DNA of 64,000 nucleotides from Tubiluchus corallicola (GCA_030141605.1 JAQGDQ010000058.1:219852-283851), one strand, 5' to 3'. Shown: positions 25,601-40,850, counted from the stretch's first letter. The notes: generated from the sequence alone by a model not told the origin. Numbers and translations: made by a program.

Positions 25601-28600
25601 TCGCACAATTCAATCATTTTATCTTCGCTAAGAGACTGGAAAATATTATAGCCATGCAAACAAACATATAGGATTCGTTCTCCACTCGGGAGGCATGCCC
25701 AACAATACCGGATAAAATTACTATTATAAACAAGAGAAAATTTCATCAGTCTTTAGGTGCTGAGGATAACATTTACATGAACAAGTTGCTTGCACAGCAG
25801 GAAAGTCATTTGCATAAAAATAATTACAAAGCGTGCCAGTGATTAATCTATGGTTTTTGTAAATAACTACAAAAACATAAGAATAATTTGATCCTTGTTG
25901 TTTTTTCCAGGATACATATCTGATACAAATATTTCAATTTTTTAGAACAATAAGAAAACTAAATAAATACCTCGCCTTAAGCTAAATAGCGACCAAAGTG
26001 GGCATATATGTATAATTAAAACAAAGTTGAAAGTATAATTAATTAGCTAAATTGTTTCCGAATTTCTTTGTCCTAAATGATATCCAAAGGCATATTTCAT
26101 CTGAAATTCAACTTACCTCCTTAGAAGCTTTCAGTGAATAAATTACAAGCCATTACTACAACGAAACCCAACAAATATATACGTATGACACAAATATAAC
26201 ATTTTGTGTCATATATAATGTTGGTATTCGAAAGTCACAATGTTTTGGAATGTCTGTATTTCTAATATAGACAAGTACACTTCCGTCTTACCCTAGCTTA
26301 TCAACCAAACTAAAGCTCAAAATTGTTTCATAACCGGATTGAGATAAAAATGACTTTCTGCAAGATATAATTTTGCAAGAACTTGTACATGTGGATACTT
26401 GGTGAGATTTTCACAGCAGAATTTCAAAATGCACACACCACAACATAACAGAATTTTTTAAATTCACTTATTCCCGTTCTGGAATAGTTTACTCAACTCA
26501 GCAATTTAACACATCTTCACTATCCGAGCAGAAGTAGTAATATGAGGAACAGCTAGTACTTCCATTACGCATTTAAAGTTCTGTTCACTGTATATACATA
26601 ATGGGGGCAATTAACACACAGCATGCACCATAAACCACTCACAGCAAAACAGTCAACCACCTTCTTATTCTGCAAGCTTGAAAAAACCAAATATCCTACA
26701 TTTAGTGAACAAAGTCAAATGAGAATAATCTGTTACAATTGAACAACTGAGGGTAAAGCCACAATTGTCATACATAAAATGGCCTACGGACTCTGACCAT
26801 CAATACCAACCAGGTATTGCATAATGAACAAAGAAAAATCGCAAACACAGCAAAAAAGGCAGCATGCTACAAGAACGCCCAGTGTGACCTTCTGGTATGA
26901 TTTGATCAATCCGTATGGCCAGTATGAAATATAGCAATTGTGGTCTCACCTTCATGTTGTTTAGATTAAGCTTCGTTAAAGACTTGTCATTATTCTTTAT
27001 CTTGTTCAGTGCATCGTCCATGTCTGTGTCGTTGGGTGGTTCTAGTGGTAATATTTTCAGAGGAGCTCCCTTGGCAGGACCTAACAAATATCAAAATAAA
27101 TCAAAAAGATAATGCAAAAAATAGTGCAGTGAATTAAACAGACTAGCAACACAGATAATAATACATTTCATACTTAATGTAACCTGTTAACAATTAGCTT
27201 CCAAGTTCTCAGAAGTGAAACAATGCAGATTACTAACAAGTTATGTGTCGTATTTGTATTCCAAGGTTTCTAGTATAAAATTTTAATCAATGGTTAAGTT
27301 TAAACAAATACAGTACTACAATTTACTACACTAATTACACTTGATGCACCTTCACACGGTGACTATTATTTTGTGCAAGTGTTTTATAAATGTATCAGCA
27401 GAATTTTTAGTCAAATAACACGATGTCACAGAGGCCTGACAACACAATAATGAAAATTCACAATAATGAAAAACATAATAATGCCACAATAATCGAGCAA
27501 ATAAAAGATGACTACATTGTATCAATTTCACACATGCTTAAGATGTTTATAACAAGGTTTAACAAGTATGTGGAGTAGTACAAGGAAAGATTATCAGCAA
27601 TACTAAGTCTTAATAAAAATGGTACATTACCAAATTACGACCTGTTTTAGCTTTATTACGCACCCATAAAACTGGCGTCTTGGTCTTGTGCTAGTACCTC
27701 CTTGAAAGACTCCCAGTACTGATCCTGAGTCAGCATACTATGCAAGCCAAGCACACCTGTTGTAAAATAGAGAAATGACATGACCTTGTACAACAATTCA
27801 AACAACTGCGTGTAAAATTGTACGCAAGAACCTCCGTACATTAGAAAAAGATAATAATAATCATGTCAGAGCTATAATAAAACTGACCTGACGACTTGCA
27901 AGATGACCGCGTTGGAATGTGAAGTAATTTGACATCGTAAAAGTATTAATTGCTTCAACATTAGACATACAAATGAACTGACATCTAGAAGGAGCTTAAC
28001 TGCAGCTTAAAGCTATCTAGCACGCATGTGCCACACTTTTTAGTCATCAATTTTCCAGAATAATGAACAACTAAGCATCTCTCAACAATTTAGGTAACAT
28101 TTTGTTGTATTTAGGTAACATTAAAAAATTTTTTAATGGTTATGACGCTAGCCGCCAAAACAGTGTGTAAATACACTTTTGCTCATTTACCAGCAAAGTC
28201 AATCAGTTCAGGTTCTGATGCTGTGTTGAGTGCATTGACATATTCTTCTGGAAGATCCAACTCTATGCCATCTTCTTCAGAGATTTGCTCCTTTTGTACA
28301 GGTTTTGGGATAAACACCTTCCCTGAAAATATGAAAAATGTCATAATGCAATATAGAGATCTGACTGTGTGTTGCTGTCCAGAGATTAATAGAGGAACAT
28401 GCACCTTTCAACACTATATAGATGAAGTAGCCAACACTGTGTTTGCTTGATTCAGTGTGGGTAAATTGGTACATTAAACAGAAGTTTCTAAATGAACGCG
28501 AACATTAAATCTTAAAAAACGGCATCCATGCAAAAATGAGTCGTAGGGTTGTACCACTTACAATAAATGATGGTATCACAACCAAAAATAGCAGAAGCCT

Positions 28601-29637
28601 AAGTGCAGACAATAAAAACGTCTTTATTTGCCCATAACCATCATACTATTACATCATTAGAGCTGATATTAAAGCAGGTGTGACAGCCCTTGGCAGTGCT
28701 TCAGCTTTGATACAATTTTATGTTGTCCTTACAGCTTCAATGATATCTATAGTATAACAAAAGGAAGCCTCCAATACTAATAGAATTTGTCTTGTCTTCA
28801 GCTGGGCTTCCAATGTTATTTGTGATGGTGTTGCTACGGTTATAAACTGAAAGAAATATAAATTAACCTCGCTTTACACCAGCTTCATAAGGTAGCTTGT
28901 CTTCCCAGTCTGCTTCTTCTTTGGCCTTTGCTTCTAGATATTTTAGCAACTTCTGTCTGTTTAGAGGTCCAGTGGATGATTTTTTCGTCTGATCTCGACA
29001 TCTCAGATGAGGTGGTAAGCTCGAATTCTAAGAAAATGATTTGGAGGAATAATCATTTTATTCTCAATGTGGATTGTTAGGAACAGTCATTTCTAACAAA
29101 AACTGGATTATTAGAAACAGTTACATCTTATTTTCTGCTTCGGATATGCGGAGATGTCTAGTGCATGACTACACCTGTTCAGTAAAAGTCACACTTAAAA
29201 ACAAACTGGCACATACATGCATAGATGATTCAAGTACTAGGTCAGTGCCGTGATTTATTGTCAGGTAATTGAGTCACACCAAATGCTGATGGAACATCAC
29301 AGACTGTGGAATTGGAGACAAAATAATTTGCTGGTGGTCTTTTTCAGCACTAATTAATTGGCTTTTCATGATTTTTCCTGGCAAATAAAGTCTACTTAAC
29401 TGAAACCGGGCAGGACTTAATTCAAACTCAATTCAACACATATAAATTGCTTTAAATACTTACATCCGGGTCACAGTCATCATTCAACTCATCGAGTTCT
29501 GCTTCAGTCAGCTGGGAAAGCAACTCTTCCACATCCATGTCTGCATACTTTTTCAAATCTTCTCTGATCAGTTGTAGTGCCTCTTTCTCCGCTGCGGCCT
29601 TGGCCAAAATCTTCGTCTGCCAGTTTCTCTCCGACAT
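20404..29637 (-). CDS. tmod: Tropomodulin (actin pointed-end capping protein), 433 aa long isoform
   Basis: Ten phase-compatible GT-AG coding exons: 29464-29637, 28868-29027, 28191-28322, 27664-27756, 26950-27080, 25528-25635, 24650-24793, 23614-23761, 23321-23411, 20404-20524 (1302 nt including stop). Motifs REDLKKYADMDVEELLSQLTEAEL..DPD, LPPHLRCRDQTKKSSTGPLNRQKLLKYL, RGKVFIPK, LGLHSMLTQDQY, EPPNDTD, LTKLNLNNMK, LNVDSN, LRATNQ and RNNDTLR match the tropomyosin-binding and LRR regions of tropomodulins. Confidence 0.96.
20744..20829. repeat. 29-bp tandem repeat x3
   Basis: tacacttcaagtctatat(a/g)at(t/c)aaaagtt repeated three times. Confidence 0.9.
21556..21571 (-). CDS. tmod: Alternative acceptor / terminal exon of tropomodulin (C-terminus ...GKTEKFSKA*, 398 aa)
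   Basis: Branch-point-like gCTAAC, pyrimidine tract ttatttctttagctttgcAG, then G TTC AGC AAA GCA TGA in the phase-2 frame. Confidence 0.5.
21619..21637 (-). CDS. tmod: 19-nt stop-containing microexon of tropomodulin (C-terminus ...GKTENSE*, 396 aa)
   Basis: ttttttctttttgcatgcAG|CTCGGAATAACTTGCATTG|GTAAGT; the phase-2 join AA+C TCG GAA TAA gives N-S-E-stop. Confidence 0.6.
22070..22290 (-). mobile_element. Degenerate 3' end of an RTE-like non-LTR retrotransposon (intronic)
   Basis: Minus-strand translation with a frameshift and a stop: RLALIEALESPGKQK/TWISTINKDF*...LQELQILPADRKRW, resembling the RTE C-terminal GRPKTTW..I.KD...A.DR..W pattern; short GAA-rich tail. Confidence 0.55.
22594..22639. 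repeat. (CA)n microsatellite
   Basis: Direct observation. Confidence 0.9.
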
Positions 29638-31302
29638 GATATTATCTGATGTGTGGCTGAGTAGTGGAAGTTGTGTAATGGAAAATCTATAATTACTGTG
29701 CTCCTAAATGATGAGCAGATACTGTTTTGCAGATTGGTAATGAAAAGTTAAACCACCTGAAAACAGTAAAGGTAAATAACTAAAAACAGTAAAGATAAAT
29801 AATAATAATAGCAGGTGGCCACAAAACAAATTCTTGCAAACCACGTACTTGACTTCCTATATCCTATAGTATTGCCATACAACCAAGAACCATACAGAAT
29901 ATTTATATTACACCACTGCCCAATGTCAGACGAGTCAATAGATGGATAGCAGTGCAGACGGGAACATTATAAACCTGCTTGCAATTAGACAATTTTGTGT
30001 GCTTAGAATAACACAACTTCGTACTGGTTGACAAAACTTTAAATGTACATTAGTTAAAAGCTATATAGTTTTCTGTTAATTAGAATTTACCTTTCCATGT
30101 GAAACTGAAAATACAGCCTAAACTGTTGCCAACAATTCACCGAGTGTAAGAATAACATAAAATTGTTCACCTAACTGGATTGTGGATAGACTGACATTTA
30201 ACCTACACATTTGCAGTTTGAGTCAAGTAACCTCTATTTGTTAAGTTCGAAGCATAAAGAGATCTCTAAGATAAGGTTTCAATTTCTATAGTGATTCACA
30301 GTTTTAATGATAAGGCATTGTTGCATCTATGATGTGCATTGCAGCAAATCATCGCAATTGACACAATGATTATTTATTAAAAATTAACAAATCAAACAAG
30401 CAGTTTTCATGACAAATAGCTCTAAAAAAGGTGGAGCCACAAATCTAACAAAACGTTTATTGTAGTACTATCCTGTCATAGATTGGGGTCATGCTGGGAT
30501 CAGAAAAATGCCACTCTAGCCTGATGACTTGTTCACCTCTAACTTGTTTAAGAGCCAGGAAAAAAACAGGGGTGATACAGATTATGCAGAGAAAGCTTTA
30601 GTTACACAGAAATCATTGTTGCATGAAGGATGAAAGCTGTATTTGAAATGACAGACAGATATTGCAGTACAATTACTCAGTAGATGATAATTAAACTCAT
30701 TATAAGTAAATGAATGAATTCACTTAGTTCACGAATGCTTATTTAGTTCATTCCATCTTGAAACAATTGATTCGGTTACAGTGTTACAGTACCTCAGCGA
30801 CTACGCGGTAATGCAGAACAAAATAATCGAAGTAAACATAAAACTCTGTGTGACAAAAATGAAAGACGACAAGAAATCTTTCAACTATAAACGCACTGTA
30901 GGTTTGCAAAAAAATCTTAAAACTGAACAAAAAAGTTGTTACTCCATGCTATTGTACAAATAGGGCACAAGTTAATATTGCTTAGTTGCACAAACTGCTA
31001 TATGGAAAAACCTTTTTTGTCAATATAATGAACAGTATTTTGCGTATTAAGAAAACAAGTTCTATTTCACATATATTTCCCGCCGCCACCACAATGCTGC
31101 CACTTTTACTACCCTTTATCCGTTTATCGAAAAAAGACAAGTGATTATTATTATTAAAATCTAACATTGTAAATTTTTTTAAGGCGGGAACAGTAAATCA
31201 TAAACTTTTTTCAAATCAGAAAATCCTAAAGCATTCAAGTTGCCTTTTTACAATAATCATGAAGTGAGTAAGCTGTGAGTAAATTTGAGTAAACTCAGAG
31301 AT

Positions 31303-31333
31303 AGAGGGGAGGGAGGGAGGGGGAGAGGGGGAG

Positions 31334-31385
<52 letters not shown>

Positions 31386-31402
31386 CAGAAAAGAGAGGAG
31401 AG
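31303..31402. repeat. Purine tract / (AG)n microsatellite
   Basis: GGGGA runs followed by (AG)n. Confidence 0.9.
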
Positions 31403-34400
31403 ACCTTTCATTATAATGACTCATGTCAACTTCAGCAACTATCAACCTATAATTAACAAGATGTCAAAATTACTCCATAAATCAACAGAAAGTTGACAAG
31501 GTTGCTTACAGTGATCAAACAAGGATGATATGCCCTTTATAATTAGAGGCCACTAAACAAATCCAGCAGGCTAGTTCCAGTGGATGTGACCTTGACATGC
31601 AGGCAAGTAAACAAAGGTGTTCCCAACTACTTTAACAAAGAGAACGCTCTGTGACAAAACAGAAGGAATTGGGATGTGAAACAGTTACATTCTAGAAACC
31701 CGTGATTTTCAAATAGCATGATGAGTTTACATGTGAAAAAGCCAGCTAGTTTTGTTATTTCAATCTTTCTTGTGGTAAGTATGGTAAGAATATTACATGA
31801 CCGTGTAAATGTATGTTGTTGATTTTTCTGCTTCAAGAAACGGTAGTCAAAGTTAATTTCTAAGAAAAGGTTGAGCTATTTAAATCAAACAAAATTTTGC
31901 CATGCCATAATTAGCTAGGATAAACAGAACAAAAACAACTAAATCAAAACAAAAATGTCAGATCTATAACAGGGAAAAGTTTGGATTCAATTTAAGTTCG
32001 CATTTGAGTAGTTGATATATATTACAATTTAATTTGAATTTTTTTAATATTTTCATGTTGTACTAGTAACAGCTTAAGCACTTGTTATGTTGAAAAATTA
32101 ACGACTGATGGATCATTTTATTGGATTCCAAAACAGGATTACGTAACATTTATTTGTTTTTACTGCTGTATCATTGTAACATCATTTGAATACTTATAAC
32201 TTAAACCTTTGTACACATGCTCATCACGAACCTTTGCAGGAATGATCAGCCTTGGATTTACATTCAATATTAAAAATTTTATTGCGGTTAAATTAAAAGA
32301 CGAGAGAAATTATTTATGGTCTGGCAAACATCAAAACTTCAATGCAAGGCATGCATGAAAAATGATGTTACACATGAAAACAAGAAAGGAAAAGACAGTA
32401 ATCAACTAAGTGTGAAATTTAATTAATTTGTTAATTTGTCCAGCTTGCAAGTTATGAAATTTATCAACCCACAAACTACATATCCTCTAGCAAACAATAG
32501 CTAGTAGTTGGATATGGTAGTTGATTCAGGTATTTCCAAACTTATAAAATTAGTAATTTGAATTTGATGACTCAATTTTTTACGTCAAAGTTACTAACAC
32601 GAATATATTTATACTCCAAACTTTCACAGCACACGTCAACGAACAAGTCGCTCGTAAACAATAAATGCATTATATGCAGCTTCAAACTGGTACATGGCAA
32701 TCTAGCACAGACACAACGAGATTACAATCCTACTATAATTTGTCCATACAACAAGTTTTAATTCACAAAAAAACCATGTCCAACACGAGTTACACAAACT
32801 TACCGATAAACGTCACAAAAGTAAATAATTCTAAACTCGGTATGTTTCGCATCAGCAGAATACAAGGTCAAAACTTCCATGCCTCTGGCACCGTAGCTTT
32901 TACCTGTCTGGTTAGTTTTAATAACTAGGCACCAGCTGCAATTAAACTATTGGACATGGTAGTCGATTCTGAATCAAACAGTTCGAAATACCCTGGTGGT
33001 CCAACAGTTATTATTCTTATTATTATTACTAAGTTGATTCAATTTAACAATAAATGGGAAATTTTTACTATCAGTATAATAACACTTGGCTTTCATTTAA
33101 TAGAGAAGTTACTGATCACAATAACTGATTTCTAAACAAAAGCTCTTTCTTTAGAGCAGAGTCTATGGTTTTTCACAGGCCCATGCCAATTATTAAAGTT
33201 TTCAACAGATGAATTTCAAACCGAACTGCCATTAAGTTTAGCTTGTGTAATTACTTCAAGTATTAAACAAAACTGGAGTTCAATGACAATGAAAGGTGAT
33301 TAAGCAACTCACTAATGTTTAATAAGTAACAAGCTGTGACAAGTGTAAGGAAAGTGTTCTTGTGTTTACTAACGTACGTAAACAATTAAACATGGAGGAT
33401 GAAATGTCATGGAGGATGAAATGTCAATGATTATCATGCAATATTAATTGCTTCTGACTAGCAACTAAACTATTACTTTACCAAATTGTGTCTATAAAAT
33501 ATAAATTATAAACTAATCCCAACAGCATTAAAAATGCTTGGAACTTGACCTTTGATCTTTTAAGTTCACTACAAGCAAAAACTGTAAGATTAATTTCAAA
33601 TCCTTGAATCACAAGTTAATAAACCCACAAAATTTGACAAGTACCATTAATCAGACTTAAATTGACAATCAAATTTATAGCAGTCCTATTACACGATTGG
33701 TAAACAAAGTAATGAATACCCGTCCCACCCATTTCTTGTAATTCTGAGTAATTTCACACCGTCAGGTCCTGAGCTAACGATCAGAGGGAAAAACTGTAAA
33801 AGCATATAGTTGTTCATTAATATTGTATAATAAAATGACCTTGAAAATGAGTTCAAACACTGATAATGCCCGGCAAGATGATTACAGTATCATTACGCAC
33901 CTGTTTGTTTATAAGCGGAGCAGTAAAATATCAGTTTTTGCCCATCAATAGCCGAATTAAATGTTAAAGCGAGCAAAGCAGGCCAAGGGTGTTGTACAAA
34001 CATTCAGAAAAATATTTGAAAAGATTAGCCAACTTATAGGTATAATCCAATTTGCTTTGTTCAGCTGACTGCTTTCTCTACTATTTCATGAAACACCAAA
34101 CAGAAATAATGAATATGACTTTGAATGTTTAACTTTAGACTCTAATAAAACCAACGTCTATTTGCAAATTGTAAAAGTAGCATTAGCATAGAATTTTAGA
34201 ACTTACTGATACTGAAAATAAATAGTGTTTTGTTACATAATTTATGTATTTTACACAACCTCTTTACACAAAATATTGCATGCGTCCTAAAATCACATTA
34301 GTCACAGCAAACAAGTTGTTCTAAATTTCATTTTGTAAATAAACTTGGGGCATTACAACAATCAATTTACACAATACTGCACAATCAAAATTAAATCCTA

Positions 34401-37400
34401 GCAATATTAAATTCGGTGATAAACATAACTGCGCACACAGTTTTAAATATGTTTACAATTATAAATATGGGCCCCTCTAGTCCACATTATGTAACAAAGA
34501 CACATAACAGTGATAAGGATGCTTACATCAGTCATTAAATCATTCTAACCTGTTCGTAGTCTGGCACATCACACACTATATCACTGCAGTATGTATTTAT
34601 TTTTATGAATTATGCAAAAAAAATAAAGTTTAGCAATATTTTATATTTACAGTTGGCAATTCAATTAAAGTATGTGGAAAGTGCAGCTGAGAGCTATTCC
34701 ATCATCTCGGGTCCATATGCCTATGTTGGGCTAGTAAATCCAGGATTATACCGACACTTGGTCAGACGAGGGCCACTCAGTTATCCACGATCAACAAACG
34801 GAAGGTATTACTGCAAACAAAAGGTCCACAAGTAACAACAATTACTGCAGGGATTGTCAGTTCTCTGATCCATGCCTTAAAAGGAAATGCCAATGGAGCT
34901 AAATGATAAATAAGAACACATATAGGCAGCAAACAGTCTCACCAGAGGGAGCAGAGTAGATTTGAGAAGTCGCTTTAAATAATAAAATTATGAAATGTGT
35001 AGTCGGGTAAGTACCTCAGGCATGTGTATGCAAGTCTGTGATAATAAAACTTCAGCTCAAATTAAAAAAATTAGTTCCAGGTGAAAGTTTACTCTCAGCC
35101 CGATTCATTTCTGTTAATGCAGAAGAAGTTTCGAGCTCCACATTTGGCATGGAGTATGATGGCAGTCATCATATGGAACACAATAAGTGTCAACAGTATA
35201 AAGAAGGATCTTCAGATCTCGAGTGCTAGTGTTAAAATCTAGGAGGCACTAACCTACAGTGTTTCATATCTTCCGAGAAGAGGACTTTCCGTACTTTCAA
35301 AGATAATACATGTCGTCAGGAACAATGTTACTATAAGACTGTTGCCATCTGCCAGAGCTGATATTGACTTAATTGCAACTAGTGTAACTTTAAACATGAA
35401 AATATATTTATTCACCGTGCAAACACAGTCAATTGTTATCAATATGTAATTACAGTCATTAAGAGACCAAGAAACTGCAAACTTAAACTAGCTTTTGCTT
35501 TTCAGGTATTTGGGCTACAATGAAGCAGAGTACTCACCTAGCTATTCCTACTTCTTTTAGAGAAACGTCGTGAATTGTAATGAATTACGTTATAATGATC
35601 AACCATGCAAATGTAGTTCAATGAAAGCATAATAAGCATTCTGTTTTTGTAACCTAAAAACGAGCCCACTCAAAAAAAATAAAATAATTTTGTGTTTAAT
35701 TTCAACATAAGTTTTATAAAGCATTTATACAAATATAGGTCGACTGAATTTGTAAACTCCTTGTGTGGTGTAACTGGTGGTACTTAATTATTTTTCTAGA
35801 AACAGTGCATAATAAAAGATAAATGCTGAAAGTCTTAAGTCCAACTAATAAGCCTTATGAAACTTTATGAACTTTACAGCATATGCTATATTTTCACATT
35901 TCTTGTCTGTAAATGCAAAATTTCACAAATAATAGTTGCATGTTTAATTCATTGCTTTTAAGCTAAGACTTACTTAGAACTCCATCAGTTTTCAGATTTC
36001 AATTTGTAAAGCAAGTATTACCTAAATTCCTAAAATGTTGTTAATAGTTTTTGAGTAAGCTAATCTCATTGCAAGTTAAACTGCTTTGCGTAATTTTTAA
36101 AACTGTGAGCCAGTACTTCTATAAGTGGGCCTTATAGGAGTAAACACAACCAAGTTTTTGAAATCACTTATGTTTTGCTGTCTGCAGTTGGATGTTTAGA
36201 ACTTTCAGAAAACAGCTAACAGACCAAAACTATTATTTTTTGTGTTTTCATTCATGTGCGTTGACTTTGCAGGCTGCTATTTTTTTTCAAGTCACTACTG
36301 CAAAGCTACAGTTACAACGTAAACTTTCATTATAATTTTGAATCACTTCTTTCCTTCTTGCCCTTAAGACTTAGATACTAAAGCAGACACTGTCTGTTGA
36401 CAAACAAGCTAGCATTGCTTATTCATTACGCGGGAAAGTTCAATGCAAAAACAGACAGTTTCGGTGTAAAACGAGCAATTTGCTGGATCTCCAAACTAAA
36501 CTAACTGTTTTTTACATTGAACTAAACAAATAATTAACAAAACAAAGACATAGGCATGTAACTCGACCAGAAAAGTAACCTAATTAGGTCTCTCTGGAAA
36601 TAAAACTTCACTTATGATTCTAGAAAACAGGTTGCTAGTCAAAAAAACGTACGTACATCACACATACATTCTACTTCAACACATAGATGATGGCAACACG
36701 CGGTTACACTGTGCAGTAAACACTGGAAGGAAGCTTAATTATCTGAGCACCAGTCGCAAGCTGCAAAAGAGAACATGGAAAACACAACAAGCATTCATAG
36801 CAGCTCAGCTTGTACTCGTAGCTAAATATAGCCCAGATTCTTGAAGCCAGTATTGAACAGAATCAAAATCTATTTTAATACAACGCAACTTGAACGAATA
36901 TCATTTCTTCTGCAACCAAGAGGCATTCAAAATGTTGAATTAATAAGGAATGCACCCTTAATTATTAAGTATACATATTGATACAAGTAAAAAACACACC
37001 TCCTTGTGATCACAATAGGCATTAATTCTATCCTAACATCTCAGTAACTGTTTCTCAAGCTAGTGCTTTAACGATTACGGCACTTTCCAGCATTAACGAT
37101 AATGCAATATTGTTAACTACAACAAAAGCAAAAATGAGAAAAACGAATCTATACTGTTTGAGAAAAGCAAAGTACTTTTAACTGAAGTAAAAAACCCAAA
37201 GATTTTAAAACATAGAATATAAAAGTTTGCTTCTTCACTATATTTTGAAACAAAAGCATATTTACAATGTTTTTTAATCACAAATGAACCAACGTGAGAA
37301 AGTCTCAGTTACAGACAGCTGCTGATTTACTTTTGACACAAATAAGAAACTTTGCAAGCAAGATTATCGAAAAAAACTTGCACTTACTGGAGGGCTAAAT

Positions 37401-40400
37401 CCAATTCTCACTGCCAATCACCTCAAAACTAAAACATCTATATTTACTACTGCTAATGTGAAGAACTGGCATACCTACCAATTAGCATTTTCCATTTAGT
37501 TACTCATGCATTACAATTTCTCATTCTTCACAAAATCATAATGAGAGTTGCTCTCAATGGAAGAGTAACTAGCAAACATAGTGCAGTGGGCGTGTGACAC
37601 ATGTGCAGGTCATTTACCTAGGTAGAAGGTGAGGTAAAGAACTTGACTGCCTTACCTAATGACCTTATTTTGTCAAGAAACACAGCAGTGCATACTAAAA
37701 AACAAAACAGAACCTGAAAACACTTAATTGTTTAGTAAATGCAACATCTTTTGACATTAATGATTATCTATAGACTGGACATGCAAATTAAAACACACAA
37801 TTTATTATTTTATTACAACAGTAACTGTTTTTTCCTAAAGAGAAGTTTCGACAAACCTTTTCACTCTCACAGCAATTATTTACTAACATGAAAATTAAAT
37901 TTAAAACTGAATTTCTCATTGTGTTGCCTGTCAAACTGTAAATTAGCAATGTCTCTTGAATTATCATATTAACAAATGATTTAACTATACATGCACATCA
38001 TCTGCCTTTCAGATAAAACTCACTACAGTTAACTCTACTAAACTAAAAATGGCTAAATTTATAAAACTCCATAACATAATGTAATGCAAATAAAATAATA
38101 GGCCTACTGTACAAATTCATAACACTCTCTAATGCATGTTATTTTATGAATAGTACGGAAAAACACACACTTTTATAACATTGTTGTTGATGGACATGTT
38201 TCAGAGTTTCATTTTTGGATTGACGAATTTTAGGTACCAAATTTTTTAAAGACAATGAAATTTGAAAAATACCAACAGTTTCCTTTAACGATAACTGAAT
38301 AGAAAAACAATGACTTTGTCTTCAACTATTCGACAAAATTTTGTTAAGCTTTCACATAAAAATATTCTCGCCCTCATAAGTATCACTTATCAGTGGAAAA
38401 CAAATTTTTTTCTTATTTATACTAAACTCAGAACTGCATTTCCTGCTCTGGCAAATCATGACAATCATCAACAAATAATGTTGATACAAATCATTAACGA
38501 AAGTGAAAAGCTTAAATTGTTGAAGACACGGTAAAGAACAAGCAAATGTAGTGCACTCAAACATACAAAAGCAGATAATGAAAGCGAGTCCGACAAGCAA
38601 AACATTACCATTAACAGTCAGGTGTTTACAGTTGGGATAAATTTATCTGTACACTGGTGTGAACAATATTAATACATGATGTACAGTAATAAAAAATTTA
38701 AGTTCTGAAGAGAATTTATCAGCAAATTAGCAAATAATGATTAACAAGTATATATGTGGTACATCTGCAAAAAAGACAAAGTACTAATAACGTTCATCTG
38801 CAAACAAAAAATTTGCGGAGTTAAAATCATAATGTGGGTACCTGCTACATTAAAAATAGTCAAGAATTAGGCGCTAAAAACTATGGCAGTATAAGACAAC
38901 GAATAAGCCTACTAGACCTACTATATATTAATTTATGTTTATAAAGTAATTAAAATTATATAATCAAACTCTTATAATAGCACAGCTAAACAGTAAAACT
39001 TCGGGCATGTCTAACCACATTCAGCAACACTTCAGAAATATGTCCACAGACAACATTTGATCTTTCAAAAGAGAAGATCTTGTCTAAATCTACTCGTTGG
39101 AATTTCTAATAATTCTTTCAAATGAATCAGCTGCTGTGTGCTATTCAGTTCTTTTCAGCTCCCATCCACGGTTTCAATTTCAAGAATTTAAAACACTTGG
39201 CTTGGCTTAAAAACTTTCTCTTTTAATTATTGCAAGGTATTATGTTGTGCCGCATAACAATGTATAACTCAAGATTTAACTGGAAATTTAACTGATTATT
39301 TAACTTCAACAAAAATGGTTTTTCTTCCAAAAAGAGTGAATATACAACAAAAATGTAGCCTTCGTTTCCGGACACCCAAAACAGCCTCCGATCAAGAACC
39401 AACACCATCAACGACCATCACAGACATTACACACGGCATACTAAATTCTAGACCTGTAACAACACATCAATGATGTCTTTTATTATGATATGCATGTCAC
39501 CAAAGTGCACCCGAATAGTGGTAATCTGTGCCAATGATATTTAGCAAATTAGCGTGCGCCTGACCATATGCTGAGAAAAACAATGTGAAATAATCAAGCT
39601 GCAACTGTAGAGTGCACTATAGATATGTAACAATTAGTGAAGTGAGCAGTAGCTGATTTAACACAAGCACTGCTAGCAACAAAAGAGGTCGAAAATGGAA
39701 GGTACTTAATCTGTAGTAAGCTAATTACGTTGTTTGCATACAAACTTGTGAAACTGCATGCGGGAACCAGAAAATGCACAAGCAACTTTTAAACCTAAAA
39801 TACTGATGTAGTTTGCATTTTTGCTGTGCTTTAGCTTGCAATGCAAACAATAGCTTACACATAACACAAGTAATAAATAAAAATAAGTTTGTCGAGTTAC
39901 TTTAGCATTTAGCAATCCAAAACTGTTGATTGATAAAATATGTTTAGCGTGTATTATCAACAGCTATATCTAGTTTTATATAAAACCTGCAAACATTAAC
40001 TCAGGTGAATAGTGATACACATCGTATTGTGACATAGGTGTATCGTTACAGCACTACTAAATTCAGGCACAACTGCACAAGTTTTAGTTTAAGTGGTTCT
40101 AGGCCTTTGCACATACACCACTGTCATGACATCTGAAACTCTGATCCAACAATAATGGAAATTTGTGTCAACCACTAGAAAACTTTCGAAATTAATTTTT
40201 AAAACCATTTGACAGATTTTAATTGTATTGTTCCCCTACCTCATTTCTGCATTGTTCCAGCAAACATGCAAAAGTTTTTAGCTAAAATGAGTAACATATA
40301 CCAAAATTCTATCATTGAAAATGGCACAACACTCAACAATGAACTTGACTATGAATTTATCTAGCCGGGTCCTAATGTAGTCTATGAACTGGCCCATGTT

Positions 40401-40705
40401 TTCAAAAAGTGGTCACAGCTACACGTAATATTAAGTTGCGACATATCAACTTGTCAAGCCGCCGAATAAAACTTTATGTAAATTCGTCAAATGATGAAAT
40501 TACTTCAAACAATTATTAATGCAATAACATTTAAGGTTCAAGCTTAAAGTAAAAAATATCAGGTAACCGGGTACGTAGTTAATAATGACTCATTTGCCGA
40601 CTAAGCAAGTGCAGTTTATGTACGTTCAAACAAAACAACTAGGCTAAATACCGAATCCAGCAACAACGATGATTTTTTTAATTTTAAAATTATGCTCCGT
40701 CCTAC

Positions 40706-40850
40706 CTCTGTTTAACTGCCGTTCCTATTTACAAAAACAATATCATCTTACAATTCCTCTGCAGAACCAATCAACCCAATAAACCTACATCAAAATCACA
40801 CCACACGCCCAGGTCTCGCGAAATCTGAGATTACTCGAGAATCCGTAATT
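40706..40850 (-). promoter_or_regulatory. Candidate non-coding first exon / promoter of tropomodulin
   Basis: GAG|GTAGGA donor at 40705 next to a CpG-richer patch, and a downstream acceptor at 39453 (gttgttacAG). Linkage to tmod is inferred from strand and position only. Confidence 0.35.

Noticed and set aside
35038-35442. Short ORFs in the tropomodulin upstream region
   Set aside because: No recognisable domain and no consistent splice-phase chain
37540-37572. miR-281-like GAGTTGCTCTC hairpin
   Set aside because: The seed is absent and the stem is far too short for a pre-miRNA
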